A DNA stretch of 64,000 nucleotides from Azolla caroliniana (Eukaryota; Plantae; Polypodiophyta): contig JBHGNT010000005.1 in the NCBI GenBank assembly GCA_043228905.1, positions 13,578,001 to 13,642,000 on the forward strand. The letters are read 5' to 3'. The position numbers and the translations under genes are program-made. Shown here piece after piece: positions 23,201 to 37,069 of this stretch. Within the stretch, counting starts at the first letter, position 1, and every line of letters begins with the position of its first letter. The notes beneath the pieces are model-generated. The model was not told where the DNA came from. It did not search any database and worked only from the letters and a program-made list of their open reading frames with translations.

Positions 23201-26200
23201 CCCGAGCAGGTACTGGTGCATCTTGTAGGACCAAGACGCGTAGTTGGTTCTGTCGAGTTTCTCTGTTGGAAGCGAGCTCGCCATGCCTCTATCCATCGTT
23301 CTTCTTCGTCAAGCTATGTCGGCTGCAGAGAGGTTCTCAACCCTCGCGCTTTGATACCATGTAAAGAGTACCGTGCGGAAGCAAGTATAAAGACAGAACA
23401 GAAGGAAGAACACTGAGGTTTAATGGAGAGCTTGAGCTTACACAGTATACGCGGGAGAGACCGAGAGAGTGAGAGAGAAGACACCAAAAGAGAATGTGTG
23501 TATATGTTCAAAAGAAAAAGAAAAACAACCACAACATATATGTGTTCAATGAACACTTTGTACAAGTCCTAGGAGGACTGACCGAAGTACTGACAGTACT
23601 TCAATGCTCATTAAGAGCTCTTACACTAACTCCCAAATATATTCCTCACGGAATATCTTTCCTAACGGCCTAACCGATCGGTCCCAACCGATCCGGTCCT
23701 CGGCTTCTTCAGCCGATCCGGCCGATGTTGAGCTTGTCTCTCAACATATAGACTCGTTCTTCAAGGTCACCTTGAAGAAACGCATTATTCACGTCCATTT
23801 GGTGAAGATGCAATCCCCTTGGCGCAGCAACAACCAATACCACACGAACCGTCATCATCTTCGCTACCGGAGCGAAGGTCTCGTCGTAGTTGATTCCATG
23901 GGTCTGTGCGTATCCATTCACTACTAACCGGGCCTTATACCGGTTGACCGAACCGTCAACATTGTACTTCACCTTATATACACATTTGCAACCGATCGGT
24001 TTACACCATTGGGGAGGGTCAATCAGGTCCCATGTGTCATTGGCATCAAGTGCCCGCATTTCTTCTTCCATAGCAGCATGCAAATTTGCGTCCTTTGCTG
24101 GTTCTGCGTTGCTCTCCGACTCACGCACTTCCGCCACCTTAGTCATGTATGCATAGTGATGCGCCATGTACTAATTGTATCCGTACCTCATGACGGTTTT
24201 CTTTTGACGGGTTGACCGACGTAACTTTTCATTACCCGGTCTAAGGCCCTTCTTGGCTAGTTCAGACTTCCTTTGTGAAGATCCCCCTTCTTCCTTTTTG
24301 GGGTCAGATTCATTCCGATCTGACCCTTCATTGTCAATATCGTATTCCGGCATCTTCTTCTTCCCTTTCTCTTTGCGCGTGAATCGTCTCCTCGGTTCCT
24401 TGCGCAGGGAGAGCACGATAGAGCCTCCACTACTTGCCGGTTCTTCAGCCACTCATTCAGCCCACTTAGTCGGAATGAGATCGGACTCTCATCTATCATC
24501 TTCTTCTTGAACCTCTCTGGGTTCACTTGCCTCATCCTCCGGAATCGGGTCTTCGTTGGTAGTTGGAGTCGGTAGAGAGTACCATGATGCCGATTCATCA
24601 AACTCGACATCTCAGTTTACTCAGACCTCTTTAGTTTGGGGGTTATAACACTTATACCCCTTCTGCTCATGCGAGTAATCGACTAGGATGCACTTCTCTG
24701 ACTTCGGATCCAGCTTCCTCCGCTTCTCATCCGGTACATGCACATATGCTATGCTACCGAAGATCCGAAGGTGTCTCAAATTTGGCTTCCGCCCGAAATA
24801 CAACTCATGTGCTAACACCTTGTCACCGATCCGGTTTTGGATGTAGACGGTCGTCTGGACCACCTCAACCCAAGAGAATTTGGGCATGCTCTTCTCCTCT
24901 AGCATTTCCTTTTCCGCGTCGACAATCGACCGGTTCTTTCTCACGGCCACACCATTTTGTTTCGGTGTGTATCGGTAGCTGAATTCTCTCCGAATTCCAT
25001 TCTACTGCAGATAACAAATGAATTGGCCGAAAACGTATTATTTTCTGCCATCCAACCACAGGCACTTGATCTTCCTCTCTATTTCCCTTTCGACTAAGCT
25101 TTGAAGGTTGCGAAAACAGTCAAAGACTTTGCTTTTCTTCTCCATGAGTTAGATCCACGTGTGTTGACTATAGTCGTCAATGGAGGAGATGAAATACCAA
25201 ATCCCGCCAAGACTAACGTTCAGTGTTTGTCCCCATACATCCGAATGGATTAGATCGAGCTTGTTACGGCTCCGGTTTTGTTCGGTGGGGAATGGAAGCC
25301 GGTGTTGCTTCCCAAGTTGGCAAGCTTCACATATTTGGGCCTTCTGGCCATTAAACTTCGGCAATCCGAACATAACTTGTTTCGATTGTAGATCTTGAAG
25401 CCTTCGGTAGTTGACGTGGCCGATCCACTTATGCTAGAGATCAATATCCGATTCAATCTTCTATCCTTTGGCAAACATGGCGGTGCTTGCGTCATTTGTG
25501 TTGAGGATGAACATCCTCCCTTCTCTACGCCCTTGTGTAATTATCCGGTTTTCTTCCTCGATGAAGCACCTGAGGTGCGTAAACCGCACCTACATTCCCT
25601 GGTCGACTATTTTTCGGACCGATACCAAGTTCTCTGTGATAGTCGGAACGTGTAATACGTTCATTAGCTTTCCCTTTTGTCAGACATGGCTTAAAGGGAC
25701 TTCTCCAACATGCATAATTGGCTGAGGGGTGTCATCTCCGGTTTCGACAATCCCCGGTTGTTCCGATTTCTCTAAAAATGAGAACCACTCTTCATGGCTC
25801 ATCATCTGGTTAGATGCTCAGGAATCAACGTACCGCACTTCCTCTAGTCCATAAGTGGTTTTCTTAATCGAGTTCACCTTGTGCTTCATCACAAAGGTTG
25901 TCCCCTTTCCGATCTTCCTAGTTCCGGATCCTTCCGATCCTTCTGCATAGTGCGAGCTTTGCCGGTTTCCCTATCGAGTCTTGCCGGATCTGGATTTATC
26001 CGAATCGGTGCGCTTCTCCCAACACTCACTCTCTTTGTGGCCTTTCTTGCCACAGTTCCAGCATTCCGTGTCGGTTTTCCACTGCTTGTGGAGGGTCCGG
26101 AACTGTTCTCGCCGTCGTCCCTATGCCTTCGGTTTTGCTCTTGCTAGCCACCTCCATTGTATGTCGACCCACGTCGTCTCCACGCCCACAGGGACGATCT

Positions 26201-26690
26201 GCCTCCATGCACAACATCTAGCTGTCCGATTGAGTGGTCCTCGACCCACTGGCATGGTTTTCTTCGACCATCTACATTGATTGTAAGTCGACGAAGGATG
26301 GTGGTTTCTCCCGGGTGCAAATTGCAGTCCAAATTGGCCCTATTATTGTGTTAGACCACTGAGACAAATCTGGACCATCTCGTCTTCTTCCACCGTCACA
26401 TTGATGGACCCGAGTGCATCACAAATCTCCTTTATTATAGTGGTATAGTCCGTAACCGACATATCTCTTTGTCGGATGTTGTTCAACTCCTACCGGGGCT
26501 GCAACTTACAGGTTGTGGTACTCACGGTGAAAATCTTCTGAAGATTTTCCGAGGCCTCCTTTGGCGTTTTTGCATGCTTGATGTAGTCGAGCATCTGATC
26601 GTGCACACCGGACGCAAGGCAGTACAATACTCGGCTTGCTCCTTACTCCCATGCCGGGAAGTATTTGTGTGCCGGGAAGTATTTGCTCGT
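17209..26690 (-). mobile_element. Degenerate Copia element D (truncated at both ends; contains Copia E)
   Basis: Partial 3' LTR 17209-17383 with PPT; RNase H 18038-18349; RT 18500-19150 and 23750-24170; integrase 24620-25400; gag to about 26690; many stops. Confidence 0.88.
19156..23746 (-). mobile_element. Copia element E (same family as D), internally deleted
   Basis: 387-bp LTRs 19156-19542 and 23360-23746; TSD TATAG; PBS TGGTATCAAAGC 23348-23359; PPT 19543-19553; gag N-terminus fused to pre-integrase region, then INT, RT, RH remnants. Confidence 0.93.
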
Positions 26691-26699
26691 TACTCCCAT

Positions 26700-29380
26700 G
26701 AGGAGAGTTTGAGAGTGTTTTAGAGTGAGGAGACCAAGGAGAACTTAGAGAGTGATGAAAGTTTCTGCTATGGGGAGAGAAATGGCTTGAATCCCCTTTT
26801 TGTGAGTTTGGGATATTAGGGTTCAAGATTCCTCAAGCCATGTTGTGCACGAGTGTACTTGCTTTCTTGGGATATGCGTATGCATGCAAGATTTTTAAAT
26901 AGTTCTTAGTGCGATCAATGTGGGCCTCATTGGCTTTGTCGACGTAATAGGCTTTTGCGACTTTTCTTAGGTCATCTTGCAATTCCCACTCGGTTGCCTT
27001 TGACTGACTACGGGTGGGACTGACTACGGGTGGTCACCTGTTGTACCTTCGAAGTGATCATATTCACCATTGCTCCCTTGCCTTTATTGCATAGCAAGCA
27101 GTTAGTTGAGTAATGTCTTCACCATTGATAGATAAAACAATGTAGAGTGGACTCACCTTTGTCTGTTGAGGGTGGAGCCACGAGCTAATCGCAACGATTG
27201 TTATTCTAGGGAAGATGTTGTTCTTCCTCTGAACTATTGTCGTAGAACTGCTAGTTCCAGGGCTTTTTGTCACCTCTGTACGTCTGTCCTTCTACCTGCC
27301 CACCTTGATTATTCATGGAGAGCCAATTCTCACAACGCTGTCGTAGTGTAATTCGCACACTACGAGAAAAATTACATTTTTGGTCTCTCTGGATAGGACA
27401 TGGAGTACCTGGTGAGAACCGGAAAGAGCCGGATGAAGCAGAACCGGTAAGAGCCGGATGAAGCAGAACCGGTAAGAGCCGGATGAAGAAGGCCGATGAG
27501 AGTTGGTAAGAACCGAACAAAGAAAACTAGCAAGCATCGGATGAAGAGACATATTTGTAAATAGAAGAAAGTATAAAAAATATATATATATTACATGCAT
27601 AGGGCAAGATTCGAACCTTGCACCTCCATGTTAATAATGTTAAGCCTTATCATTATACTAGCGTATTATGAATTTTAAAGTTATACTAAACTTTATCCCA
27701 TGTAAAATTTCTAGACATGCATGGTACAAAAAGTTATTCATGCATAGACACTCGAGTTAAAAGAAAAGATGAGATAGAATGCTAATCATGCACATGCAGT
27801 GTGCATGAAAAATAAAGATAGAAAAAGCATGATGCTTGCATGTGATAAACTTAGACTCTTCCAACACTATATAAGGAAGAGAGAAAGATGTATAGAATTG
27901 TTGATTATTTTACAAGGGTTGATTAATATAAGATAATCGTGGGATTCACGAATTTGCTAACTATTTTTCTCTCGTAATTTGATTACTCACTAATACACTA
28001 TACTCGTGGGATTCACGAGTTTTTCATATCTTTCTTTCTTACAATATATTTCATATTCTTAATTGCCTTAGAATTTTCTTTCCTCCTAGTCCAAAACCCC
28101 AGCGATTCCCACCCAACTCACGCAACGATCCAGAGCCGTAAGGCACGACAACGCCAGCCTCCGCGGTTGTTATGCCGGTAGTTATGATGACAGGCCATTT
28201 CCTCTTGTTTGTCATCATCCCAATATTGATCATTATCCTGGCTCTTACGGTCATTTCGGTCATTATGCTGATTCCGGTCTGCATTCCAATAACGCTTATC
28301 CTATCAAAATCGGTTGCTGGGTTGCCGATTGTTACGTTGTGGTTCGATTCACTGAACCGGTGCCAAGGGTCGATTCGAATGGTTGTATTCGCATTGGTCA
28401 ACTGTATGCGCCCAAGAATGGAAAATAGGGCAGTGAGCCCACATGTTGGAGTGAACCATCAAATGTCCCGGGTTAAGGAAAATTGTGCATTGAATCACTT
28501 GCCGGAAATGATACTCATCATCCTGCGGTAACACCTGCCGAAAGGATCTCATGGAAATTCTTTCATCGGTTTCTTCCAACTCCAGCCGAAGAACCCCATC
28601 GATGACTGGGTCCGCTATTTGGTCCGTAAATCAAGCATGCCCAATGTCGTTCGCATGGGGTGGCGCAACATGGAGAGGAAGGTTTCCTTAGCCTCATCCT
28701 TGGTAGGTTCCTAGGGTAAGCTGTCTTTTTAAGTTCTAGAATGGGATTACGAAATCGGAGACAGATTCCTGATTGAACTACCGGATAGAGTAGAATTGAC
28801 CAAAGTGCGGAACACTCCGGTGAAACAGTCGGAGGAACGTCGTGCGGAGCTGGTTGAACGTCATGAAAGTCGAGAGATCAAGTTGCAAATGCCACCGCGC
28901 TGCCCGTACGTTGAGAGTAAGCCCAAACTCCACAATCTTAGAAGCATTGGCGTCGACCTTCGGGAGTCGTTGTGACACATGGTTCGTATTTCGGACGTTA
29001 AGAAAAGATCATGTGTGAGCCTCGGCATCGGGTTCACCGATGTAACGCAGATAAGAGAAGGTCATGGGTGCGCACATATATCGTCTGAAGTTGTCGTAGG
29101 CGGGCTCGGTCGGAAGCGGTGGGAGGTTTGTCTCACAACTAGTGCTTTCAATGATCGGGTGCAGTGGGGAGAGGACCTCCTAACCACTCGTGCTCTGCTC
29201 GGTCACAACAGACTTGAACACACTTTCATCGAGATCCGGTAAGTGGGTGTGGAGGTATGACTTTTCTACGACGAGTTCTGTCTCCTTTCGAGATTCTGCT
29301 CGAGTTTGGGGTTTACCTCTAAGATTTTCTTCTTTGCTGCCTTTGCGGCTAGACGATAGCCATTCCCTAATGTTCACTTG
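26700..29380 (-). pseudogene. Element C gag remnant (interrupted by a solo LTR)
   Basis: NHVSQRLPKVDANASKIVEFGLTL..AARWH and TRSQSKATEWELQ align by eye with element G gag (NHVSQRLTEPEAERSKVAEFGMTL..AARWH; TRSKGKAAEWEAQ). Confidence 0.75.
27380..28046 (+). mobile_element. Probable solo LTR with 25-bp minisatellite and antisense tRNA-like module
   Basis: AT-rich non-coding insert in gag; candidate TSD CATTT/TATTT; repeats of GCCGGATGAAGCAGAACCGGTAAGA; TATA CTATATAAG near 27867; termini decayed. Confidence 0.6.
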
Positions 29381-29767
29381 TGCTTGTCACAGATTGCCGG
29401 ACATGCCAAAAGTGTTACTAGTTAAGGTGACACGATGTTGAATCAAGGGTATTCTGGTTCAAGAATGGAGTACGTCGTAACCGTGATATGGGTGACTATA
29501 CATTGAGCTCGTAAGTGTTAACTTAATCATGGAGACTGTGGAGATTAGGAAGACGGCTACAACCGACTTCTACGCTGCATACACAATATATATGACTCAA
29601 CATAGTAAATGAACTCGACATGAAACATATACAAAGAGTTATGAGAACATAGAGAGTCGGGCAAATAGAAACTATATTGGAAATGTTGGGTACAAAATTA
29701 TCGCTAACTATTACAAGTTTTCTATGCTCTTTATATATAGGGTCATGGGTGGTTACGCTCGGCGCGT

Positions 29768-32700
29768 TGTCGCGTAATTACGGGTACGTGTAGGAAACGA
29801 AGGCGGAACCGCAGGGGTCCTGGACCGAGGAGCGTGAGAAAGTGGGGGAAAATGAAACAAGGAGAGCGTGTCGACAAGCACAGAGCTCGACAAGCTCGAC
29901 CGAGATTAGATCGTTCCAAGAGACAACAAGACTTAGAGAAAGAAACCCTCAATTGATTAAGATCGGATTACAATCGGCTTGCCGGTAACTTAGCCTTACT
30001 CAGTCGACAACACACACACACACACCAAAGATGAGATACAACATGGAGCCTCTATCGAAAGCACACGGGCTTCCTACACGAATAGAGGCATCCGACAAAA
30101 GGGAGAACGTAGTAGCGATGTGCTCGGTGCCAGTCCGACAACACTTCCTCCTCCAAAAACGCGATACCCAACACAATCCTCCCTCCCTCGTTTTATACAT
30201 CAAGGAGAGAGAGAGAGTTGTTACATCATGTAGTTAATTTCTACTGTTTCGGACAGAGATTCGCTAGATTTATGTGTGTACTTAATTTGTCCTATTAAAT
30301 TCTCCTACATCGCGCCGACCTAGCCTAGTCCTAGGTTACAAGTATATATACATATCACGATTTGCACGCACCGTTTCTTGAATGCTTTGATCCATTTTCC
30401 CGCAACTGGTACCGCCATTTGTGTTTCGTCAAGCTCCACGAGATGATACGTGGCATTGTCGTTTGCTCTCGTCAGCATGTAGGGCCCGAACCATCTCTTT
30501 GCAAATTTCCGCATCGCCTTATGCTGGTTGTCGAGGCTACTATCGTAAACCAACACCCAATCCCCTTCCTTGATCTTCTTCAGTCTTCGCTAGTGTGTCC
30601 GGTCGAACCGGTCCTTGTTCTTCTTCCGCGTCGCGTACAATTTCTCCTTTGCCTGTTCCACGTCCTCTGGTCTCCTCTCGAGCTGGCGAATCCGAACTGC
30701 CAATAGCTCCTCCCGGCTCATTTCGTCTGCCCAATTGATTGTTGGCATGCTCTGTTGGCATAATCGACTTCTACCCGTACATCAGCTTTGCCAACATGAA
30801 CCCGATCACTGAGTTGTGCATAGTTCGGTCCACCCATAATGCGTTAGGTAGGAGCCACGACCAATTCCCGACTTGTCCTTTGCACGCCCGTACTAACGCC
30901 TTTACGATTGGCCCGTGTCCACGCTCTATCTTCCCGTTCGCCTCCGGATTGTATGTTGTAGTAAGGGAGAGTTTTACCCCTAACCGGCTGAACAGCTTCA
31001 GCCTCTTGCGCGTCCAGCTCTCCCCAGTCAACCACGATTAGCCGTACTAGCAAATCACCTCCTCAACCAAGAACCGGCACACGGCCACAATCGTCTTGTT
31101 TTGCAGCGCAAGCACTACATACCGCATCTGCCCTATCCCCATCAGCATCGTCACTAAGTCCACCATCCATTTGAAATGGATGGTCGTCGGGTAGGTCGGA
31201 TGCAGCTTGTCTTTGTGCCAGATCGTGGCAACTCTCACAAGTCGTCACAAACTAGTGCGCGTCCCGATACATCCCCGGTCATCAATATTTTTCCTTCAGC
31301 TTCTCAAACATGGCCCACGTCCCGCGGTGTCCAGCCCAAGGATTCTCGTGATACGCCGACAACAATGCCTCCTACTCTTCCTTCCTCACCACTAAGCGGA
31401 CCGGAACGCCGTTGTGCTTCTTCGGGTGCCTCCATACACTCCCGTTCCGCATGAAGAACCGATACACCTTCTTCTGGATCTTGTTCGCCTCGTCCTTTGC
31501 CGATGCCGTGTTCGGCGTTAACGTTTTTAAGAACTTGCCGATCCGGAGCCACGCCCCGTCGTACTTATTCTCGTTGAACTCACTGAGTGCCGGACTGCTC
31601 CCCTCTCTTGCTACTATGCGAGCTGACTCGAAGAAGTCTACGCCAACTTCTTCATCTTCAAAAACCATGTCGTCCTCGTCATCGAACCTCGCTCTCGAAA
31701 GCATATCGGCCATGGCGTTGTCTTCCCCGGAGATGTGCCGTATATCCGGATTTAGGGACTTGATGTACGTGATCCACCTGAGCATAGCTAGGTCCAGAGT
31801 CGTGCATCGGGAAACCATACTTAGGACAGGTAGGCAATCCATCTCGTTTATTACCTCCATCCCGATCAGATAGTCTTTGTCAGCCTTGACTGCCGAAACG
31901 AAACCCCAGAGTTCGCGCTTAACCTAGGTGTATCCTTGCTTCCGCTCACTCAATACCTTCACCCCGAACCGTATGGGAAACCTCGCACCGTTCTCATCCT
32001 CCTGATTGACCACCCATCTGATCCCGGTGGGGTCGTGTCCACGGTCACGTAAACCGGGACCCTCTTTCCGTAAACCGCTTTCCGGAGGGCTAGTGTCGTA
32101 GCTAGCACCTCCTTTAGCCTCCGGACCGACTCCGCATGCTCCTCTTTCCACTTGAACTTACGCCCTTATTCAGCAACCCGTAGAGCAGTTCCACGACGTG
32201 AGCTTAATGCAGAATCCAGATTTGGTAGAATGCGCATGCACCCAGGAACCTCCGGACCTTTGTCACCGACTCACATTCTTCCTTCATCATGGAGATGGAC
32301 TCCACCTTTTCCAGAGACGGTTTCCGGCCGTAAGGTCCACACAAGTGGCCAACCATCAAGATTTCGGATTGCCCGAAAGCCGACTTCTCTCTGGAGAAAG
32401 TGAGCTGCGCAATCTTGAGCCTCCGTAGCATTTTCTCGTTGTTGTCGATGTAGTCTGCCACGAACTTCTAGCATCCGTTCGGGCCAACCAATTCATCCAT
32501 ATCTTCCACCGGACACCCCTTGATCACAGGATGTCGTCCAAGAATGGCGTGGTGATTTCTGGGATGCAGTCCCTTAGCACCTTGTTCATTGTGTTCACCA
32601 TGTGCACCACCGAGTTGGTCCCCCCTTGCAGTAGGGTACACATCCGCACTAAGCAGAGGGGAGTCCGCATTGTCGTATTATCCCTGCTCTCTACAACTAG

Positions 32701-35700
32701 TTGGAATTGGTTGTATCCTGAGTACAAATCGCCAACTGAATAGATCGACCTTCCAGCAAAGGCTTCTACGAACTCATCAATGGTCGGCCCGATTCCTGCG
32801 TTTTGAATGGTCACTTTATTGACTAGTTGTAGGTCTTGAATGAAACGCTACATGCCATTCTACTTTGGTACCGTAAACCACCGATTTGAATACGGGGCGC
32901 TCGACGGCTCGAGGATGCCCATCTCCACCTTCTCCTTCAGTAGCTCCATCAGCTTTGGGATGTGAGCTTTGGGTACTGGAATTGGCTTGAGGTTCCACGG
33001 CACATGCGGTACCGTGAAGATAACCATCGGCTCCACAACCGTCGGGTCCATGCACCCGATCTCCTCCGGTGCGAATGCAAAGGCTTTCCCGCGCCTCCCG
33101 AGCATCCTCCGAAACTGGTCCTCCTCCACCGGCAATAGAAAGGCATCGATGTCGAGGGTCTCGTAGTAGCACTCGTGGTTTGGTCGTACTGTCAAAAATT
33201 GGACGGAGTGACACCCATTCTAACTCTTTACCCGTGTGTACGCTGAACCGTTATCTAGCACCTTTGTTCCCATGCGAGCCGCCGTAATGTATGGTTCGCC
33301 AAGTATCATCGGGTGTGAAGATGTCTCCTGCACGAAGAAGTGCTGATATATCTCAACGTCTCCAATTTTAACACGCACGTTCGGGCATGCTCCGTGGAGT
33401 TCCTCCGTAGCGTGCGTGGCCGCAAGTATCATCAATCCATGCTTGGTTTTGATTGGCCATTTCTCCTTTCTGTAGAAGTCCATTGACATTAGGTTTATCT
33501 CAGAACCGTGGTCTATCAACGCCACCACCGGCTCTTGAAGTCCCTGATTCGAACAAGGGTCTCCGTAGTAGCCCTTGCCCAATGCAACTTCGAATAGTGG
33601 CTCTTTGCCAAGGCCGCCAACTCATCCTCCAAGGCCGCGTCCTATAAGTGCGTCGTCCGCACTTCCATGGGTTTCTCCAGCTCTGTCTCCGTCGTGAGCC
33701 TTTTACGCTTCACCAAGTCCATGATGAAATTGTGGAACTCCTTCTTGGCGATTTCAAGCATTTCCCTCAACGACAGCTCTTCCTTGTTGTCGAGGATCCA
33801 TTCCTCGAGGACCTTCCGCAAGTCCGTCGTCCTTTCTATCTCCGTGCTTAGCTGGTAGCCTGCCTACTTTACCCTTTCCTACGAGTCGGGACCACCGCAT
33901 CATTTCTCTTCGGCACGCTCTGCGTCTTGTACCAGCCAGAGGGTCCAGCCCATGCGGCCTTTCCCGCTCTCTTATCTTCCACCAGAACTTCGTAGTTCTG
34001 GCACACAGCCTCCACAAAACCGGTCTTCTCTTCAACCGGATCGTCCCATCCCGTGACCTCCCGAACCCGCTTCTCCACACGATCCGCTTCCTCCTTCCGT
34101 AGCTGCACTCCGGAGAGGCCTTCTAGCACCGATGGCCAGAATCCGGAATCCTTCATCTTCTGGCCGCCATTGCTTCCAACCCGAATCCCAGCTGACACCG
34201 AATAGTAGATGGCTTTGGTGTGCCGCGCCCGGTATTCAACTCTAGGGCTTTCCAGGTTTTGCTCTCGTGTCCCCGTCCATTCCAGAGGTACACTACATTG
34301 CTTCTGAGTGCTTCTGTAAACTCCGCGCAATCTCTTCTGCTATGGCCGACCGCGTCGCACCACATGCATCGTTGTCCGGTTGGAGGCCTCCGGTTGCGCA
34401 TATGTTCTCCACTGTCTCTCCTGGCCTGTGCGACCCGGAGATCACATATCATCCACATTAGCTAATCTACAACTGCTCCCCCGGATGGGCCTTTAACCAC
34501 GCCAGTCAGGGCAGTGCCCGATTCAAGCCGACTTTGAGTCTCTTCCTTTCCCGCTGGCAATGGCTCCTCAAACTTCCTTGCCGCCACCGGTCTTGCTGCC
34601 GACAGGCCCTCTTCTCTCCACTCACACCGTTTGTCAAAACGGCTACAGACCCTTTTTACCACGACCCAGTCAGCCGTGAGCCCATCGTCCGCCTCCAATA
34701 GGGGACCCACCTTCTCCCGATCTTGTGTGTCTACGAACTTGATGAATAGTAGGACACAACTCGTGTCGAGCACGGTCCTGTCCAATGTCGAGAGCCGAGC
34801 AAACCGTTTCTCAAACTCCTAGAAGAGCACCGACATGTTCCTCCCCTTTTTGGGGCTTTCCATAAATTCCCGATTCGATAACCGAAGCGAGTCATCGAAC
34901 CCATAACACTCGAGGAGCCGCCCTTCGAACTCCTCCCAAGTCTGGCAACATGCCTGCATTTCGAACACCTTCGTGTGGATGCTCGGCGTTACCAGCCGAG
35001 GGAATACAAACTATCGTCTGTCCTCCAAAATGTCCCTCATTATCATTTCGGCCCGGTAGGCCTCCAGATAGCTCGTCGTGTTCTTACCTTCAAACCAGCC
35101 TATTGTGCCGACGATCGTTTCAATGGCCTGATCAAGGGTACCCATACCTCCATGAGCATTCACCAGTCGGTCTATAGCTGCCACCATGGCTTCATCGAGT
35201 TCAATTCCCCTTATCTTCACACTCCTCTACTGCCTCTTTCACGTTGGGTTCACTAAATTATGTTGCGTAATTACACGTACGTATAGGAAATGAAGGCGGA
35301 ACCACAGGGTTCTTGGAAAACGAAACAAGGAGAGCATATCGGCAAGCATAGAGCTCGACTAGCTCGGCCAAGATCAGATCGTTGCAAGAGACAACAAGAA
35401 GAGAAAGAAACCTTCAATTCATTAAGATCGGATTACAATCGGCTCGCCGGTAACTGAGCCCTACTCAATCGACAACACACACACACACCAAAGACGAGAT
35501 ACAATGTGGAGCCTCTGTCGGGAGCACACGGGCTTCCTACACGAACAAAGGCGTCCGGCAAAAGGGAGAACGCAACAACGATCGGTGTTTGATCCCTAGC
35601 CCGACAACACTTCCTCCTCCAAAAATGCAATACCCAACATAGTCCTCCCTCCCTCCTTTTATAGATCAAGGAGAGAGAGGGTTGTTACATCATGTAGTTA

Positions 35701-35906
35701 ATTTCTAGTATTTCAGACAGAGGTTCGTCTAGATTTATGTGTGTACATAATTTGTCCTATTAAAGTCTCCTACATCGCGCTGACCTAGCCTAGTCCTAGG
35801 TTAGCTACAACTATATATACATATAATGATTTGTGTGCATCCGTGTTCAAGGCAGTTCACGCACCTTCGGTCCCTTTTCTCTTTGTAGCCGGATTTCTCC
35901 ACAAAA
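29768..35906 (-). mobile_element. Gypsy element B2 (B family, tRNA-Trp PBS) inserted in the 5' LTR of element C
   Basis: LTRs 35261-35906 and 29768-about 30370 (truncated); 4-bp TSD GCGT/GTGT; PBS TAGTGAACCCAACGTGAA at 35238-35255. Confidence 0.88.
30370..35220 (-). pseudogene. Element B2 gag-pol (fragmented)
   Basis: CMWCDAVGHSRRDC knuckle, ALIDHGSEINL protease, PFLDDI RT, NAMADMLSR RNase H, YNPEANGKIERGH integrase, WFGPY. Confidence 0.88.
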
Positions 35907-36269
35907 GTGTGAACCGTTACTTTTTCTTTAAAATATTAATTATGCTTCAGTTGTCCCTACGTTATGACTGTTACTCCCTCTTCATTATGCTACACCCCCA
36001 CCCGTCTTCTTGTAGAGAATAGCGCGAACGTTGCTCGGCCAGAACCGAGTCTTGAATCACAGAAATGGGAATGGAACACAGAAGTAGACGCACACACAAA
36101 AGAGAGTACATTGGATGTTTACATGGAAAACCCTAAATGGGAAAAACCACGGGAGCCCACAGACTCCAACTATCACTATGAAGAGAAGAGGGTACAATCA
36201 GAGACTCAATGTAGCGACCTCGAGCTCTATTTCTTCGCCAACTGGCGGTTACAACAGAGTATTTCTCTG

Positions 36270-36271
<2 letters not shown>

Positions 36272-36308
<37 letters not shown>
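36272..36308. repeat. (CT)n microsatellite in the LTR of element J
   Basis: Pure TC run; much shorter and interrupted in the sister LTR near 39010. Confidence 0.9.
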
Positions 36309-36311
<3 letters not shown>

Positions 36312-37069
36312 TCGCTCTCTGTATAGTAGTTATGCACCTACAACAATATCAAAAACATTACAAAGTGATTTCCCTAAGCCATATTTATACTTATATGAAC
36401 TTGGGCTATTTACAAATATAGCCTCAATAGGCTTGCTCAAAAAATATTTATAGATATGTCTTCTCTTCTGGTTCTCACTGGCTCTTTTCTGGTTCTCACT
36501 GGGTCTCCTCCGGTTTTCGGATCTCTTCTAGTTCTCATCGGGTCCTCTTTATTCATCATCGGATCCCATCTGGAGAGACCGATTTCCCAACAATCTCCCC
36601 CTTCACTCCGGCATGGGATGTCTCGTCAGCCCGATCCACTCTCGGCACGTGTCCAACTTGTCGGTAGTCAGTACTTTGGTCAGCATGTCCGACCCATTCT
36701 CCTTCGTGTGGATCTTCGTCAGCATGAACTCTTGATCTTCTACCCTCTTCCGGATCTAGTCGTATCTTCGCTGGATATGTTTCGTCCGGGAATGGTAGGC
36801 CGCGTTCTTTGCAAGGTGGATGACACTTTGACTGTCGCAGTAGAGTCGGTATTCCTCCTGTTGGATTCCTTGCTCTCCGATGAAGTCCTTCATCCAGATT
36901 ATCTCCTTGCCGACATCTACAGCTGCCATGTACTCCGCCTTTGTGGTTGACAATGCAACCATCTTCTGCAGCCTCGACTGCCAGGAAACAACTCCTCTTG
37001 CATAGGTCATGACATATCCGGATGTAGACCGGCTGGTATCTGCATCAGCCGACATATCCGAATCTGTGA

